This document shows positions 1 through 13,757 of a stretch of DNA of 64,000 nucleotides, piece after piece (position 1 is the first letter of the stretch; each line of letters starts with the position of its first letter). Position numbers and translations under genes: made by a program. Location: contig CM039003.1 in the NCBI GenBank assembly GCA_017499595.2, positions 2,108,001 through 2,172,000 of the forward strand, in the 5' to 3' direction. This stretch comes from Psilocybe cubensis (taxonomy: Eukaryota). The notes beneath the pieces are model-generated. The model made no database searches. It had not been told where the DNA came from and saw nothing but the letters and a program-made list of their open reading frames with translations.

Positions 1-37
1 ACGCGAAATCTTATCAATCCCGACGTCGACCAACAAA

Positions 38-3000
38 ATGGAGGTTCCCGATGCTGCCAATGTTCGTATAATTACCACTCTTGGACACGTTGATCATGGC
101 AAGACTACACTTATGGACGCCTTGCTCGCCGCGAACAACATCATTTCTCCACGAATGGCGGGTAAGATGAGGTATCTGGACAGTCGAGAAGATGAGCAAG
201 AACGTGGAATCACTATGGAAAGCAGTGCGGTCTCGCTCAAATTTCAGGTTATGGAAAGGTCTACAGATGGCGGTGCGTACATCTTCGCATAGAAAACTTA
301 TTATGCTATTGATGGTAAACTGTCCAGGTATAAAACCCCGAACGTACGTGGTCAATATGATTGACACACCCGGACATGTCGACTTTTCCAGTGAAGTATC
401 TACCGCCTCGAGGTTATGCGATGGAGCACTCGTCTTGGTTGACGTGGTGGAGGGAGTTTGTACGCAAGTCAGTGTGTTCTAGATTATACTTCAATTGGTT
501 ATGCTGAGCAACCCATTGTTTGTAGACTGTTGCCGTCCTTAGGCAGGCATGGCACGATCGCCTGCGCCCAATCCTTGTAATAAACAAGTTCGATCGGCTC
601 ATTACAGAGCTGAAGTTGTCGCCTATAGAGGCATACCATCACCTTGCTCGATTAATCGAACAGGTCAACGTCGTTATGGGCAATTTCTTTGCATCCGAGA
701 GGATGGAAGACGACCAACGGTGGCATGAAGAACGGGAGAGACGCCTGGCGGAGAAGAAGGACGCAATTGCTGACGAAGCCGATGCAACTGTCAACGATAC
801 TGAAGAATTCCAAGAAAAAGATGATGAAGACATTTATTTCGCCCCGGAGAAAGGCAACGTAATTTTTGCTTCTGCTCTTGATGGATGGGGATTTCGTGTG
901 GGCAAATTTGCCCAGTTGTATGCTAAGAAGCTAGGCATCAAGGAGGCCAATTTACGTAGAGTCCTATGGGGCGACTTTTTCCTTGACCCAAAAACCAAAC
1001 GAGTTATCAGCTATAAACACCTTCGAGGAAGAGCCCTCAAACCTCTTTTTGTCCAGTTTGTGCTTGACAATATCTGGGCTATCTATGATGCGGTCGTGGT
1101 GAACCCGTTCGTTCAATCCCTTTGTGTCATGAATATCTTTCTAACAGACATATTAGCAATCCAGATAAGGTTGCAAAAATTGTGACTACCCTCGAACTCA
1201 AAATTCCACCTCGCGATCTTAAATCCAAGGATACACGACACTTACTCTCCCTCATTTGCACCCAGTGGCTCTCCCTGTCGACATGCATCATCCAAGCTGC
1301 CATTGACATCGTTCCTACTCCACCAGTAGCTCAAGCCACCAGAATACCCAAAATGCTATATCCTTATCTATACGAGGCCACACTTCAACCCAGAAATAAA
1401 TTGGAAGAAGATCTTTTTACATCAAAATCGGGATCCAAAGCTTGTGTTGTCGCGTATGTCAGCAAAATGTTTGCGGTATCTTCTAAAGATTTGCCAGAGA
1501 ACAAGAAGAAGCCTTTGACTGCGGAAGAAATGAGAGAAAGAGCAAGAGAAGCAAGGGCAGCACGATCAGCGGAAGCAAAGGAGGAACAAAAGCCTACTCC
1601 TCAGGAAAATATTCCTATTTCAGAAGCCAAACAACTGGAGGTGGAAGAAGACTCCAAGAAAACCGATGGCGAGGTCGTACTTGGTTTTGCACGATTGTAC
1701 TCCGGTACAATCCGTGTAGATACTTCTGTATATGCTCTACTTCCAAAGTATAACACAGAGCTGGCGCCGACACATCCCAACAACGTTAGATACCTACTCA
1801 CTGCAAAAGTTGAAAGTTTATATGTTATGATGGGTCGCGAGCTTGTGCCTGTGACCGAGGTACATGCTGGAAATATCTTCGCCATCAAAGGGCTTGAATC
1901 CAAAGTATGGAGAAGCGCCACCTTATGTAGCCCGGACGACGCTGGAATAGTAGATGGACGGGCATCGGAAGACAAGGACTGCTTGATTAATTTAGGGGCA
2001 GTCAACAGATCGGTAAACATTCGTTTTTCCAATTCTTTAATGTACCCTAAGTTTCGTTCCAGGCTGCACCCATCGTTCGCGTTGCATTGGAGCCAGAGAG
2101 GCCTGCTGATATGCCGAAACTTATCAATGGGCTCAAGCTTCTCAGTCAGTCAGATCCATGCGTCGAAACTTTCCAACAACAAACGGGAGAACATGTTATA
2201 TTAACCGCTGGAGAGTTGCACCTTGAGGTAAATCCAATCTTAGTTTTCAGAAACAACCACTCAAAATCTACTTATAGCGCTGCTTAAAAGATCTCCGTGA
2301 AAGATTTGCCAAGGTAGAAATTCAAGCCTCTAAACCTATAGTTCCCTTTCGTGAAACTGCAGTAAAGGCGTCTGGTAAGTATATACCTTAGATGAATATG
2401 TGCTAGACCTTACGTTTGCAGATATGGCACCTACAAAGACACCTAATGCGCCGCGTGGGACCATCCGCGGTACAAGTTCACAAAAAGTTGTTTCTTTTAC
2501 CATCAGAGCAAGCCCACTTCCACCTACCATCATGGATTTCATCCTTGAAAACTTGACGACGTGGAAGACCCTCCAGCATGACAGGAAAGTTAAGCAAGGA
2601 CAGTCTGTAGACGAGGAAGATGCCGGTGATAACTACGGGGATGTGATTCGGAAGCCTACAGTCACACCTGAACAATTCTGGGACGCCTTTGACCAAAAGT
2701 GTAAAGAGGTCGGAGGTGAATGGTCGGATGCAGCAGACAAGACGTGGGCGTTTGGTCCTCAAAAGGCGGGTGCATGCTTGTTGCTTGATGCCAGAAAGCC
2801 GAAGCCTTACAGCTCGTCAGTCTCTTTATCTTATTCAACTTTCACAGCATACTAATCATGCGCTAATAGGCTGAGAGTTCGTATGCAAAAACAAATCATT
2901 GATGAAGACGGCGCTGAGATTGAGAGAGTGATCCGAGATTTCGATAATCACATTGAAACTGGTTTTCAACTTGCTACCTTTCAAGGACCACTGTGCGCAG

Positions 3001-3785
3001 AACCCGTAGAAGGCATGGCGTACTTCGTTGAACAGGTAGAAGTCGATACAGAGTCGTTAGAAAAAGAATTGGGCAAGTATAATGACTGGCTTTCTCCTCT
3101 ATTTCTCTTATTGACATAAAACAGAACAAAACCGAATGTCTCAAGTAACTGGATCTTTGATATCGGCCGTAAGAGATGCTTGTCGGAATGGCTTGCTAGA
3201 CTGGTCTCCTAGATTGATGCTTGCGATGTATACCTGCGAGATACAAGCACCTAGTGAGTATGAACCAGTAGGGTCAATATATATGCTCATCGGACCTGCT
3301 CAGCCGACGCTCTTGGAAAAGTATATGCGGTCGTTGCTAAACGACGTGGACGCATTACGGCGGAGGAAATGAAAGAAGGGACATCCTTTTTCAATGTAAC
3401 CGCGCTTTTGCCTGTTGTGGAGAGTTTTGGGTTCGCGGATGGTAGGTTGCGATCTGATTCTACTTGTTTGTCCCTTTGATACAACTTTACCAGATATCCG
3501 GACCAAAACATCGGGAGCAGCGAGCCCACAACTAATCTTTAGCGGGTACGTGCTTAACGATAGCATGCTTACCAACTCCCTCACCTTTTTGCAAGATATG
3601 AATTGCTAGATTTAGACCCATTCTGGGTACCAACGACAGAAGAAGAACTGGAAGATCTTGGAGAAAAGGCTGACCGTTCCAACATCGCGAAGGGATATAT
3701 GGATGCCGTACGTGATCGTAAAGGCATGTTCGTTGACAGGAAGATCGTAGAGTTTGCGGAGAAGCAGAGAACTCTCAAACGATGA
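38..3785 (+). CDS. EFL1: Elongation factor-like GTPase 1 (60S maturation, Tif6 release), multi-exon
   Basis: G1 motif [32 protein letters not shown] and NKFDR. EF-2-like domains GELHLE and [10 protein letters not shown]-terminus [10 protein letters not shown] is typical of Ria1/Efl1. ORF pieces are joined by short introns. Confidence 0.95.
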
Positions 3786-3975
3786 TAATGTCAGTTTGCG
3801 GATTTGCGGATTATATTATAACATGATAACATGGGCAAATTTAGAGAAGAAATATAAAGAGCAAAACAAGTAAAGGTAAGCCGATCCCCTGAAAAATCCG
3901 GTAAGTAAGACGAAGACAAGTATAGCCTGTACTTGTAGGTAATGTAATAATACAACATTATAGAAAATGTCCCCA

Positions 3976-6900
3976 CTACAGGAAACCACTTTCCTGTAGC
4001 AATCTGGCCATTTTTTCGTCTTCTCGTTCCCTTGGCTCTCGTTCAAGAGAAAGAGCCCAGAAGCGATCACTTGATGCACGAGTGTCTTGGAACTGGTTCA
4101 ACGAGTCGTTGATGAAGGACAATACAGGAGGCAAGGATTGGAAGTTGAAAGGTTGCGCCTGCCAGCGCTTGATGTCATTGATGACTTCTGAGGCCTTTTG
4201 TCGCTTGCGGAAATTGACCAAACCTCCTGGTAGGTTATCCGGATTACCATCCTGGATAAATTGTAGGGTGGAGAGAAAGACACCTGGATATAGGATCGGG
4301 TAAGAACATTTCAAATATCCTTCAAAAAGTTATAAACACACCAATGAAAGGAACACATGGTGGCGTCACTGATGCCATTAGAGATCTATACTTGGTGAAA
4401 TTTTTATTACTGTCGATGGTCATTTCACATGCACCAAACTGAGACATGAACCGTTGATTGACTTGTTCCCAAGTTCGCTTTAGTCGGCGAATAGGGGGAG
4501 TGTTAAGACCGGAAGTTATTGCAATCATGGTGGAGAAATTGTTCAAGGTTCGACAACGCTGTAAAAATTTGTTTAGAACGTAGATAAGGGTAACTTGCAA
4601 CGATGAAAGCGTACATCTGCGACAGCAATCAGATGCTTGATGACTTGAGCACGTCGACGAGAGTCTTCTTTGGTCAAAATTGACTCAGCGACCCAGTCAG
4701 CAATCTAAATTGCAACACCTTATTAAATAAACGAAAGCAAGACGTCGCATATCTTCAACCCACCCTATTACTGGTTTGGATAACAGTGGTAATATTGTCG
4801 ATATTTTCTGTTTTCTGCTCGCGTGAACGCTGGAGGCATTCCATCGGTTTAATTTTCTGGTAAAGTTGGCTCTCCATGATAGTTAGCTGGCGGGCCAGTT
4901 CTAGAGGGTCGATATCGAGTAGTTTAAGTTTCTTGCTGGACTTTGGAGCGATAGCGGGGGGTGGAGGGCCGGGGTTAGTGTTGACAAGTTGTTTAGCTTC
5001 TCCTCCCTGCGTTTGCTTAAGAATGAAGTCAGTAATGTTATGCAACAAAAATGTAGTGGTGGACTGACAATCCGCTCAATTTGGATTAGTAGATGCTTTG
5101 CAGCTGCAAACCTCGAGACTTCGTCCGTAGAGATGAATTCTTTCATTCGATCAAGAATATACATATCTTCCTTCTCCAAGACGCCATCGTCGACGACCAT
5201 AGACTTCATGGTGTTAATGACACTATAAACAGTTGAGCTGGTATATCTGATAGGGCAATAGAAGCATACACTTACCGCATTTGAATGACATGTTGCTTCA
5301 ATTTTGTCCATTCCTCTTTCTCTGATTGAGTAAGGTTATCAGGAGGTTGGATTCTGAAACGGGCAACCAGTAGGTCGAACAGTTCGTCCAATGTTGTGAA
5401 CGATTTGTAAGTCATGAGGAATGCTTTGCTGAAGGTCGTGTCTACAACAACGAGTGAGTGGGTGAGCAGAAGACAGGTAGCAGAATTTAGCCTACCAGCC
5501 TGTTCATGAGCAGTTAAACGCTCGACAAGTGCAGGTACAGTGCCACCACGCACAGAGCCATCGGCTTCAATGATAATGTCCGATGGTGAATAATTGGGCC
5601 GCAGATACCAAGGTTGGAGATCGGCTGCAACTTTGTCCGCATATTCATCTCCAAGAAGCTTCTTAAGCTTGTTGGTACCCGAGGGCCGGGAAGTAGGCTT
5701 CGTCGATGGCACTTTTTCAACGTAAGTTGAAGTACATCTGGTAATAATGTATGACATACCTTCATCTTCATATAGACCCATGTCATTATCAGCATAGCTG
5801 TCACGCATCTCGGTAGGAGATTGTGTCACAAGTGTGTTGTCCAAAGAGATTTCTGAATCCCGTGTGAGAACAGTGTCATTAGAGTTTGCCAGAGTTCGGT
5901 AAGAATCATAAGAAGATTCGGCAGTTGATTTCTGAGACCGTATACCTGGTCGGTTAAAAGCCAATTCCATGTCAACAACATCTTCGTTTTCGGAATGATA
6001 AGAGTCAATGCCTGATTTCTGTGAAGGATCATCAAAATGGTCGTTAATTACACTGAGTCGAGACATTCGCCAATCGATGGAGCCATTGTAATCGCCTTGA
6101 GACAACTCAGCCTGCTGTTGTCCTACAGAGAGCAGACCGTCGAAGACGCTTTTAATAACCCCGAGGTTACTACCCAAAGAGGATGACAGACGGTGCAAAA
6201 GATCGTACGCCTCCACTTGGTCGGGACTATGTGAACTCTTCTCTCCATCGTGGAGTGTTTGCGCAGCCAAAAGGAGTGTAGAGCTATCGTCGTAAATTGC
6301 CTGTGTTACTGTTTCCAAAGTACGAACCAGACCCCTCGCGCGTTCTACTGTTTCGGAATATTGATCGTGCACAGCTAGGTCACCAGATTGGCGGATACCG
6401 TCGATATCAACATGTCGCGCAACGTGAATATCAGCCACCACGTTTAGAAAACTAGAAATGTGGGTGATGAATTCTTGCACTCTCGCTTGCACTTGAACTT
6501 GAAAAGAAAGTAAATATACAGGTATGTGTAAAGCAAATTGCTGAAGAAAACGAACCTGAAGTATTTGTTGACAGTCGGAGAGCTTGGTTTAAGGCATCGT
6601 TTCTCTCCTGCAACCTCTCCAGCGATGTTGCTATTTCAAGTTTTGCTTCAGATCCTAGAACCTTTTTTGGCATTCCAGTCTCGCTCGTAGAAGCGACATA
6701 TCCAAACCCCTTCCAGGACCCCGCAGATCCACCACCAACAAGGCCAAGACCAATATTAGCGGTTGAAAATACACCCTGAAGCCGTTTGATATGTGTGCTC
6801 CCAGATTTGGACTGGTGTTCGTTTCGTTGCACTTCTAATACGAACGAAAGCACGGCTCGCTCCAGCTCTTCGGAGTCAGTTTCGATGCGAGTGAGTGTGT

Positions 6901-8423
6901 CTGTTAGCACAGAGCCAGAATCATATTGCATGGCACGAGCACTTAAAACAAGTCTCGAAAGGGTCGCAGTAACTTTACGCTGAGCAGGTTTGAGAGGGGC
7001 CTGAGAATTAGTTCTATCGTCGCGGTTCTTCCCATGGGTAGCATCTTGTGATAGTTGAATAGAGGGTGAAGTGGAAATGTATAGCAAGTTTCGAACGGCA
7101 AGCACAACACTGTATATCAGCATATCCATTTTCCCGTCATCCTCCGGCCGGCGGCCTGAACCAGTGGCTTGAACATTGTCTACCACAGCCTGGATTGCAC
7201 CTTTTGCGATCTCAGAAAGTTCTGTGACAAAAGTCGGGGGTGGAGGCTCCAAAGCCTGCTGAACTGCTTTAGCTATCCGTTCTGCTGAAGTCAACTCCAT
7301 GACTGCTGACTGATTGGGTTCGGTACGGGTGGTCGGGGATGCGATAGGGCGAGATTTACCATTACTTTGACGCGCTCGGGAATTTTGGAGATGATCAAAA
7401 GGTTCCACGTCGGAGTCGTCAGAGTATACACTGAGACGCGAAGTATCGGGTTGACGCGAGGTGCTGGAGGGCATAGTGGATATAGAACGGGTACTAGAGC
7501 CCATGCCTTCTGGCGTTGTCCATTGCACTCGTCCGTCAAGTTTGTTCACATAATAATGTGAAAAGCCGTCATCCGCGAGTTTCTTCACCCAGGCATCTGG
7601 TGATCCGTTTAGTCTATGACCGTCTTCTCCTCCCGAAGAAATTTCGGCAGAGTCGGTGGGGCCGAATGCCAGTCCAGCAGATGTACCTGAGCGAGAAGAC
7701 GTTTGTGATGTAAGCCCAGCTAGGTCGCCGTCTGATACTTCGTCTTCTGTTTCTTGAGGAAGATCTCGAGACCGCTGGCCTGTCTGAGTATTCACATAAT
7801 ATATCTGTGACAGCGTCAGAACACGCACACCGATTCGTAAATTCATGAAGTTGACTGACCTGGTTGCCTGCGGTAACCTCTGGTACCCAAAAGTCGCTCT
7901 GCTGAGTACCATTTGCAGCGGGAGCTTTATGAACCGAGATAGGATTCCGGTATGATGCTTCGTTGTCGGGCCATTGCTCCTCTGCCCGAGGTTCTGAACT
8001 CGCATGAGAGACCCCGTTTGTAGATTTGGGTTGTGCTGTCAACGCTTGTGTTTCAGCAGCTGCGCTTTCGGCTTGAGAGAAAGCTAGCTCCGCTTCTTCG
8101 TCTGATATGATAGTCACATAATTGGAAGGAAACCAGCCTCGCTCTTCTCCAAGCAAACCATCCCACCATCCCGAGGGTTGTTGCGTCAAAACCTCAATGA
8201 TATCATCTGTTCGAAACGAGAGAGCAGATGCGTCCTGCGCCTCATAGTCATAGAGAGCCCTACAGAACAATGTGGTGTAAGGTTCGTCGACGGCTTGCTG
8301 TTCCTCCTGTTGCGTTGCTTGTACTTGGTTGCTAGATGCTGAAGGTGATGTATTTGAAGCAGCGGCTGTCTTGTGAGAGTCAGAAAAGGAGTGAGAATAC
8401 AGTGCAGGCGTTACACCGTCCAT
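3976..8423 (-). CDS. CDC25: Ras guanine nucleotide exchange factor, CDC25/SDC25-like (SH3, two WW, RasGEF_N, RasGEF), paralog 1
   Basis: SH3 (ALYDYEAQDASALSF...GWWDG...GWFPSNYV), WW-like segments, REM (GGTVPALVERLT), catalytic domain (IDPLELARQLT, NNFSTM, PPCVPFIG, NFRKRQK), C-terminus LLQESGFL. Confidence 0.93.
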
Positions 8424-9174
8424 CAAAGAAGTGTAGCAATGGGCTGAGGTATGTCAAAGACTCAGGAAAGAGATAGTCAGGTCACCGAACGGGAAAGGTA
8501 CAGATTATGTAACATTGTGTGTCTCCCCTAACGAAGAAGGACCAGTCACTTCTCAGCCTTGGCGGAAATCGCAACCGCTACCAAGGCATCCGTATACACA
8601 GTCGCTAATGCATTTATTTGGGGTTCCAATTCCGAATCTTACTTTAAATAACATTACAGTAATAGTGCAACTACCGGATGAGAACATGAATCTGTCAATT
8701 TGAAACTGGTTCCCGAACCAATTCAAGCTCTCAGTCTCTGTAATATTAATTAGCGATAATTTCCCGAATCATGAAATCGACATCAACGTCTAGTGTACTT
8801 GGAAGCAAGTATTTGAGCGAGTCTGAAGTTTTCTCATCAGCAAAGAGTAGACAATTTTTTATATCTCGTAAAAATCCTCACATCAGAGCTATCAGGACAG
8901 CAGTCGAATCCAATTCACGTTACGGGCGCCACTTAAATTTAGGTCATTGTGGCTGACACGGAAAAGGGCACGCTTATGAAAATTTCCCTCCAGAACTTCC
9001 AAGTTTCAAAAACTTTCCCCAATACAATATTAGTTCCTTGCTTGGAATATCATATTAATGTAGAAAACTGTAAATACACCACAAATACATTAGCAAGTAT
9101 CGATATGCATACCCATCCAGCAGCGATCCCAAGTTTCCAAAATCAAAGAATGATTGTGAGATCCTAAACCTTTT

Positions 9175-12100
9175 CTAGAACCCGCTTTCTTGCAGCAATC
9201 TTGCAAACTTCTCCGAATCATCCTTTTCCCTAGGTTCCCGTATCAAGGAAAGTTCCCAGAAATGATCGCTCAGCGACCGAGATCCCCCACTAAATTTGCT
9301 AAGGGATTCCTTAATGTACGAGATCACAGAAGGAAGGGGCTGTAGATTGAAAGATTGTGTTTGCCAGCGCCTGATATCAATGATCACCTCTGAAGCCTTT
9401 TGGAACTTTCGAAAGTTGATCATATCGCCAGACAGCTTGTCCGGATTACCATCTTGAATGAATTGGAGTGTTGAAAGAGAGACACCTGCAAAGATAGCAT
9501 GAATATTCCTGCGCAGTCAAATAGCTTGAGGCATTTTTTACCTAGGAAAGGAACGTAAGGAGGGGTCACGGAGGCCATGAGCGTCCTATATCGTCCAAAG
9601 TTCTTGAAGCTATCGACGGTAACCTCACAAGCCGTGAACTGAGCCATGTAACGCTGACTGATTTGGTCCCATGTCTTTTTGAGCCGTCGTATGGGCGGGG
9701 TATTGAGACCCGAGATAATGGCACCCATTGTTGAAAAATTCTTCAGAAGACGGCATCGCTACCGACAGATGAGCGAAAACGTAATGTAAGATAAAAATGA
9801 CGTACATCTGCGACAGAGATAAGATATTTGACTACTTGGGCACGTCGACGAGGGTCTTCCTTGCTCAGTATACAATCAACTATCCATTCAGCAATCTTCA
9901 TAATATTTCAGATTCAACTCCAAATCGAAAGAAAAAGAGACACACTCGATTGCTCATCTGGATGACAGCGGCAATGTCATCATCGTGTTCATTTTTTTGC
10001 ATACGCGCACGCTGCAGACCCTCAATTGGCTTAATTTTTTGATATGATTCGCTCTCGATGATCGTAAATTGGCGGGCAAGCTCCAAAGGATCAATATCGA
10101 GCAACTTAGGCTGCTTTGCTGACTTCGGGATGATTGGCGGTGGGGGTGGCTCTTGATTCGTGTTGATTAACGTTTTAGCATCTCCCATTGCCTTCTGAAA
10201 AGAAAAAAAATATGAGTCGTATGCCTTGTCCTGAAAGAAATAAATCGAACTAACCGTCCGTTCTATCTGAACTAGCAAATTTTTGGCCGCAGCATATGTC
10301 GAAACTTCATCAGATGAAACAAACCCTTTCATCTTGTCAAGGATATACATATCCTCTGGGTCGAGCATACCATCCACCATGGTCTTCATGGTGTTGATGA
10401 CTCTGTTCAGAAGGGTTAGATTGCGATGGATGGGTTTGCAACATCTCTGCTTACCGTGTTCTAACCACATGTTGCTTTAATTTTGTCCACTCTTCTCTTT
10501 CAGCTGGACTTAAGCCTTCGGGTTGCTGCAAATGAAAACGAGCAACAAGAAGATCGAACAGCTCATCCAAAGTAGTAAAAGATTTATAGGTGACAAGGAA
10601 AGCTTGGGTGAAAGTGGTGTCTGTCACAGTGAGTTGGTCAAAGTATCAAAAAGTGGCACTGTGATAAAAAAACATACCAGCTTGATCATGAGCTGTCAAA
10701 CGTTCGACAAGGGCAGGTAATGTCCCACCACGTACAGAGTTGTCGGCATCGATGATAATATCTGAATCCTTATAGTCTGCTCTCAAGTACCAAGGTCGGC
10801 GGCCAGCGGCCACTTTGTCAGCATATTCAATTCCTAATATTTGTTCTAACTTTGGTACATTGGTCGAACCAGAAGGACGCGGAGGGGGTTTGACTACCAC
10901 AGGATAAGAAAAACCAGTATTATCCAGAACAATGACGACTTACCACTGGGTGCAATAGATTCTGTATCATCATCGTCTTCGAAGCCCTTCGGAGAGAAAT
11001 TGGATTGTGGAGCCTTATTCGAATTAGATGGCATATCTGGTGGTGAATCCTCTGGGGATGACCCTCCGGGTGGTGAAGGAGGATATAGCTCTGGATATAA
11101 ACTGTTCCGCTGATTCGATTGCTGTAAGGCAAGCTCGATATCAACAAGCTCCTCGTTGTATGAAGTATGGCCGTCTTCTGTCCCAAGATGTATTTTAATG
11201 GCACTTATACCGGAAAAACGCCAATCAATGGATTCTTTGTAGTCGCCCTTTACAGCCTCCGCCTGTTCGTAGCCCAATGAAAGCAAGTTTCCAAAAATTC
11301 GTTTCACGTGAGAAAGATTGTTGGCGAGAGAGATTGTAAGACCTTTCAACGTTTCATAGGAATCTTCTCGTTCGCTAGAAAAAGCATTGCGAACACCTTC
11401 GTGGAGATTCTGCGTTGTTAAAAGCAGAGATGCACTATCGTCATAAATCGCTTGTACCACGGCTTCCATACTCCGCACCAGAAGTCTGGCATCATTGACC
11501 ATGCGAGTGTATTCGTTGTTCAAAGAAGCGTCGCTGCTTTGTCGTACACCGTCAATGTCAACATGCCTTGCGACATAAACATCAGCGATAAAAGTCAGAA
11601 AAGTTGAGGTGTATGTAACCAATTCCTGCACTGCTGAACTGACTCGGTCGACTAAGATACATATATCAGATAAAATCTTTGAAATCGAGAGAAAACTCGC
11701 CTGAGTCGACATTAGTCAAACGGATTGCTTCCTGAAGGGAGATAATTCTCCTTTGTAATCGATCCACCGACAGATCAATTTCGAGAATGACATCAGCATC
11801 TAGGACTTTCTGCGGTACACCATTCCTAACATCACGGAAATGGTAGCCAAAACCTTTCCATGATGCAGCTGAACCTGCCCCCACAAGGCCTAGTCCGGTA
11901 TTATTTGCAGCAAAATACCCTTGTATACGCTTTATATTCTTGTTCGCCCCCAGTGTTTGTCCATGTATTCGTTGCGCTTCGAAAACAAACGAATTAACAT
12001 CCCTTTGCAATTCTTCTGCATCGGATTCGATACGGGTGAGTGTTTCTGAGAGTGGAGAACCAGAATTGTAAACCAATGCACGGGCACTGAGAACAAGCCT

Positions 12101-13435
12101 AGACAGAATGGCAGTCACTTTCCTTTGAGGGGATTTAAGTGCTGCGGTTGATGGTTGGGTGACAGAAAATCCCCTGGGATGTGGGAGATCAGCTACAAAA
12201 TGGATGGGGGAAGCTGCAGCAAGATAAAGCAAATTCTGGACAGCAAGAACAACGCTGCAAATTAATTTGTCCATTTTCTTGTCATCAACAGGCTTACGAG
12301 AAAGCCCGCTTGACTTAACGTTTCCTACAACATTTTGTATCGCAATCCTTACTGCAAATGCAAGGTCGGTGATAATATTGGGAGATGGGGATTGAGGCTC
12401 CAAGGCTTGCTCCAGTATCCTAGCATTCCTTTCATCGGAAGTCAGTTGGGCGATGGAAATTTTAGACATTGAGTTGGCCTGGACTTGGGGCAAAAATTGA
12501 GGGATGTCTGGATCAGACACAACTGCCGGTCGTTCTCTTGGTGGAAAAAGATGATCGCTTCGTGAAGTATCGGAGTCAGCAGAAGATACTTTTCCGTCTG
12601 TTGTTTGAGAGGAGCGAGGAGGACTAGACGTCAATGCATTCGCTGCTTTACTATCATCGGACGTTTGCTCCATTCCACCAGTCGACATGGCATTATTATA
12701 GGTTCCCAGACCAAGATCTTCACTGTTGCCTGACCGTGTAGCCTTCTGAGGTTTCAGTGCAGAAAAGCTATCATCGGATGTTTCGTTGTCTGATTCTCGT
12801 GGAAGGTCCCGAGAACGTTGTCCAGTTTTTATATTCACATAAAAGATCTGCTATGTATTAGGTGTTTATTCTGTATAAAGAATGTAACGACATTACCTGG
12901 CGGCCATCAGGAGTCACCTCTGGGATCCAGAAATCGCTTTGGTGGCTGGAGGTGCTGTTGTCCATGTCTTGATGAGGCGCGTTGAGACGTCCATCACTGA
13001 GAGTTGATGACTGAGAGGGTGGAAATACAATTGTAGGGACATCTTGTATGACCGGTTCGAGTGCACCCGAAAACACCCTTTCAACCTCCTCATCTGTCAT
13101 AACTTCAGTATAATTCGACGGGAACCATCCTCTCTCTCCGTTTAGTAGACCATCCCACCAGCCGGACGGCAGCTGGGTCAAAACCTCGATGATGTCACCC
13201 GTTTGGAAAGAGAGTGCTGAAGGAACGTCCGCCGTATAGTCATACTTTGCTCGACAAAACATTATGTCTGGTTGAGCGTTGTCGAACTGAAGGTGTCCAT
13301 TCGGATTCTGAGTCACAGACTCGACAATCGTGTTTGCAGAGGGACTAAAGGGATAATTTGTTTGGTTTCTTTGCGAGACTCAACGATGTATGCATAAGAT
13401 ACATACCTCATACGAGTTGGGGCCACTGTAGCCAT
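9175..13435 (-). CDS. Ras GEF CDC25-like paralog 2 (SH3, one WW, RasGEF_N, RasGEF)
   Basis: Collinear with paralog 1: SH3 AKYDY...GWFPSNY, GGTLPALVERLTAHDQ, IDPLELARQFT, PPYVPFLG, LLQESGF*. Start inferred as MATVAPTRMS, followed by a GTATGT...TAG intron. Confidence 0.88.
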
Positions 13436-13757
13436 TTTGGCTTCTGTGGAGGAGCAATAAGAAGGAGAAAAGGGCCACGATTCAGATCAACTGGAAAACT
13501 CACATGTGCACAGCCAGGGATTGTATCTGCCAATCTATCTCACCAGGTGTCATCCAGCACTGATTCAGCATCGCACAGGCAGAGTAACTTTCTCCGCCCA
13601 TCAGGGTTCTCTGATATCTGTGTTGTTCTGTTCTGATCCCATGAACGTCCGTCATATTACATAAACACTATAACCTCCGAAATTCTCTCAGGGCTAACTG
13701 TGTGGAGAAGCACTCTTGACTTCCTCAGAACTACTCGTATTGAGCGACGAGTCTGCC

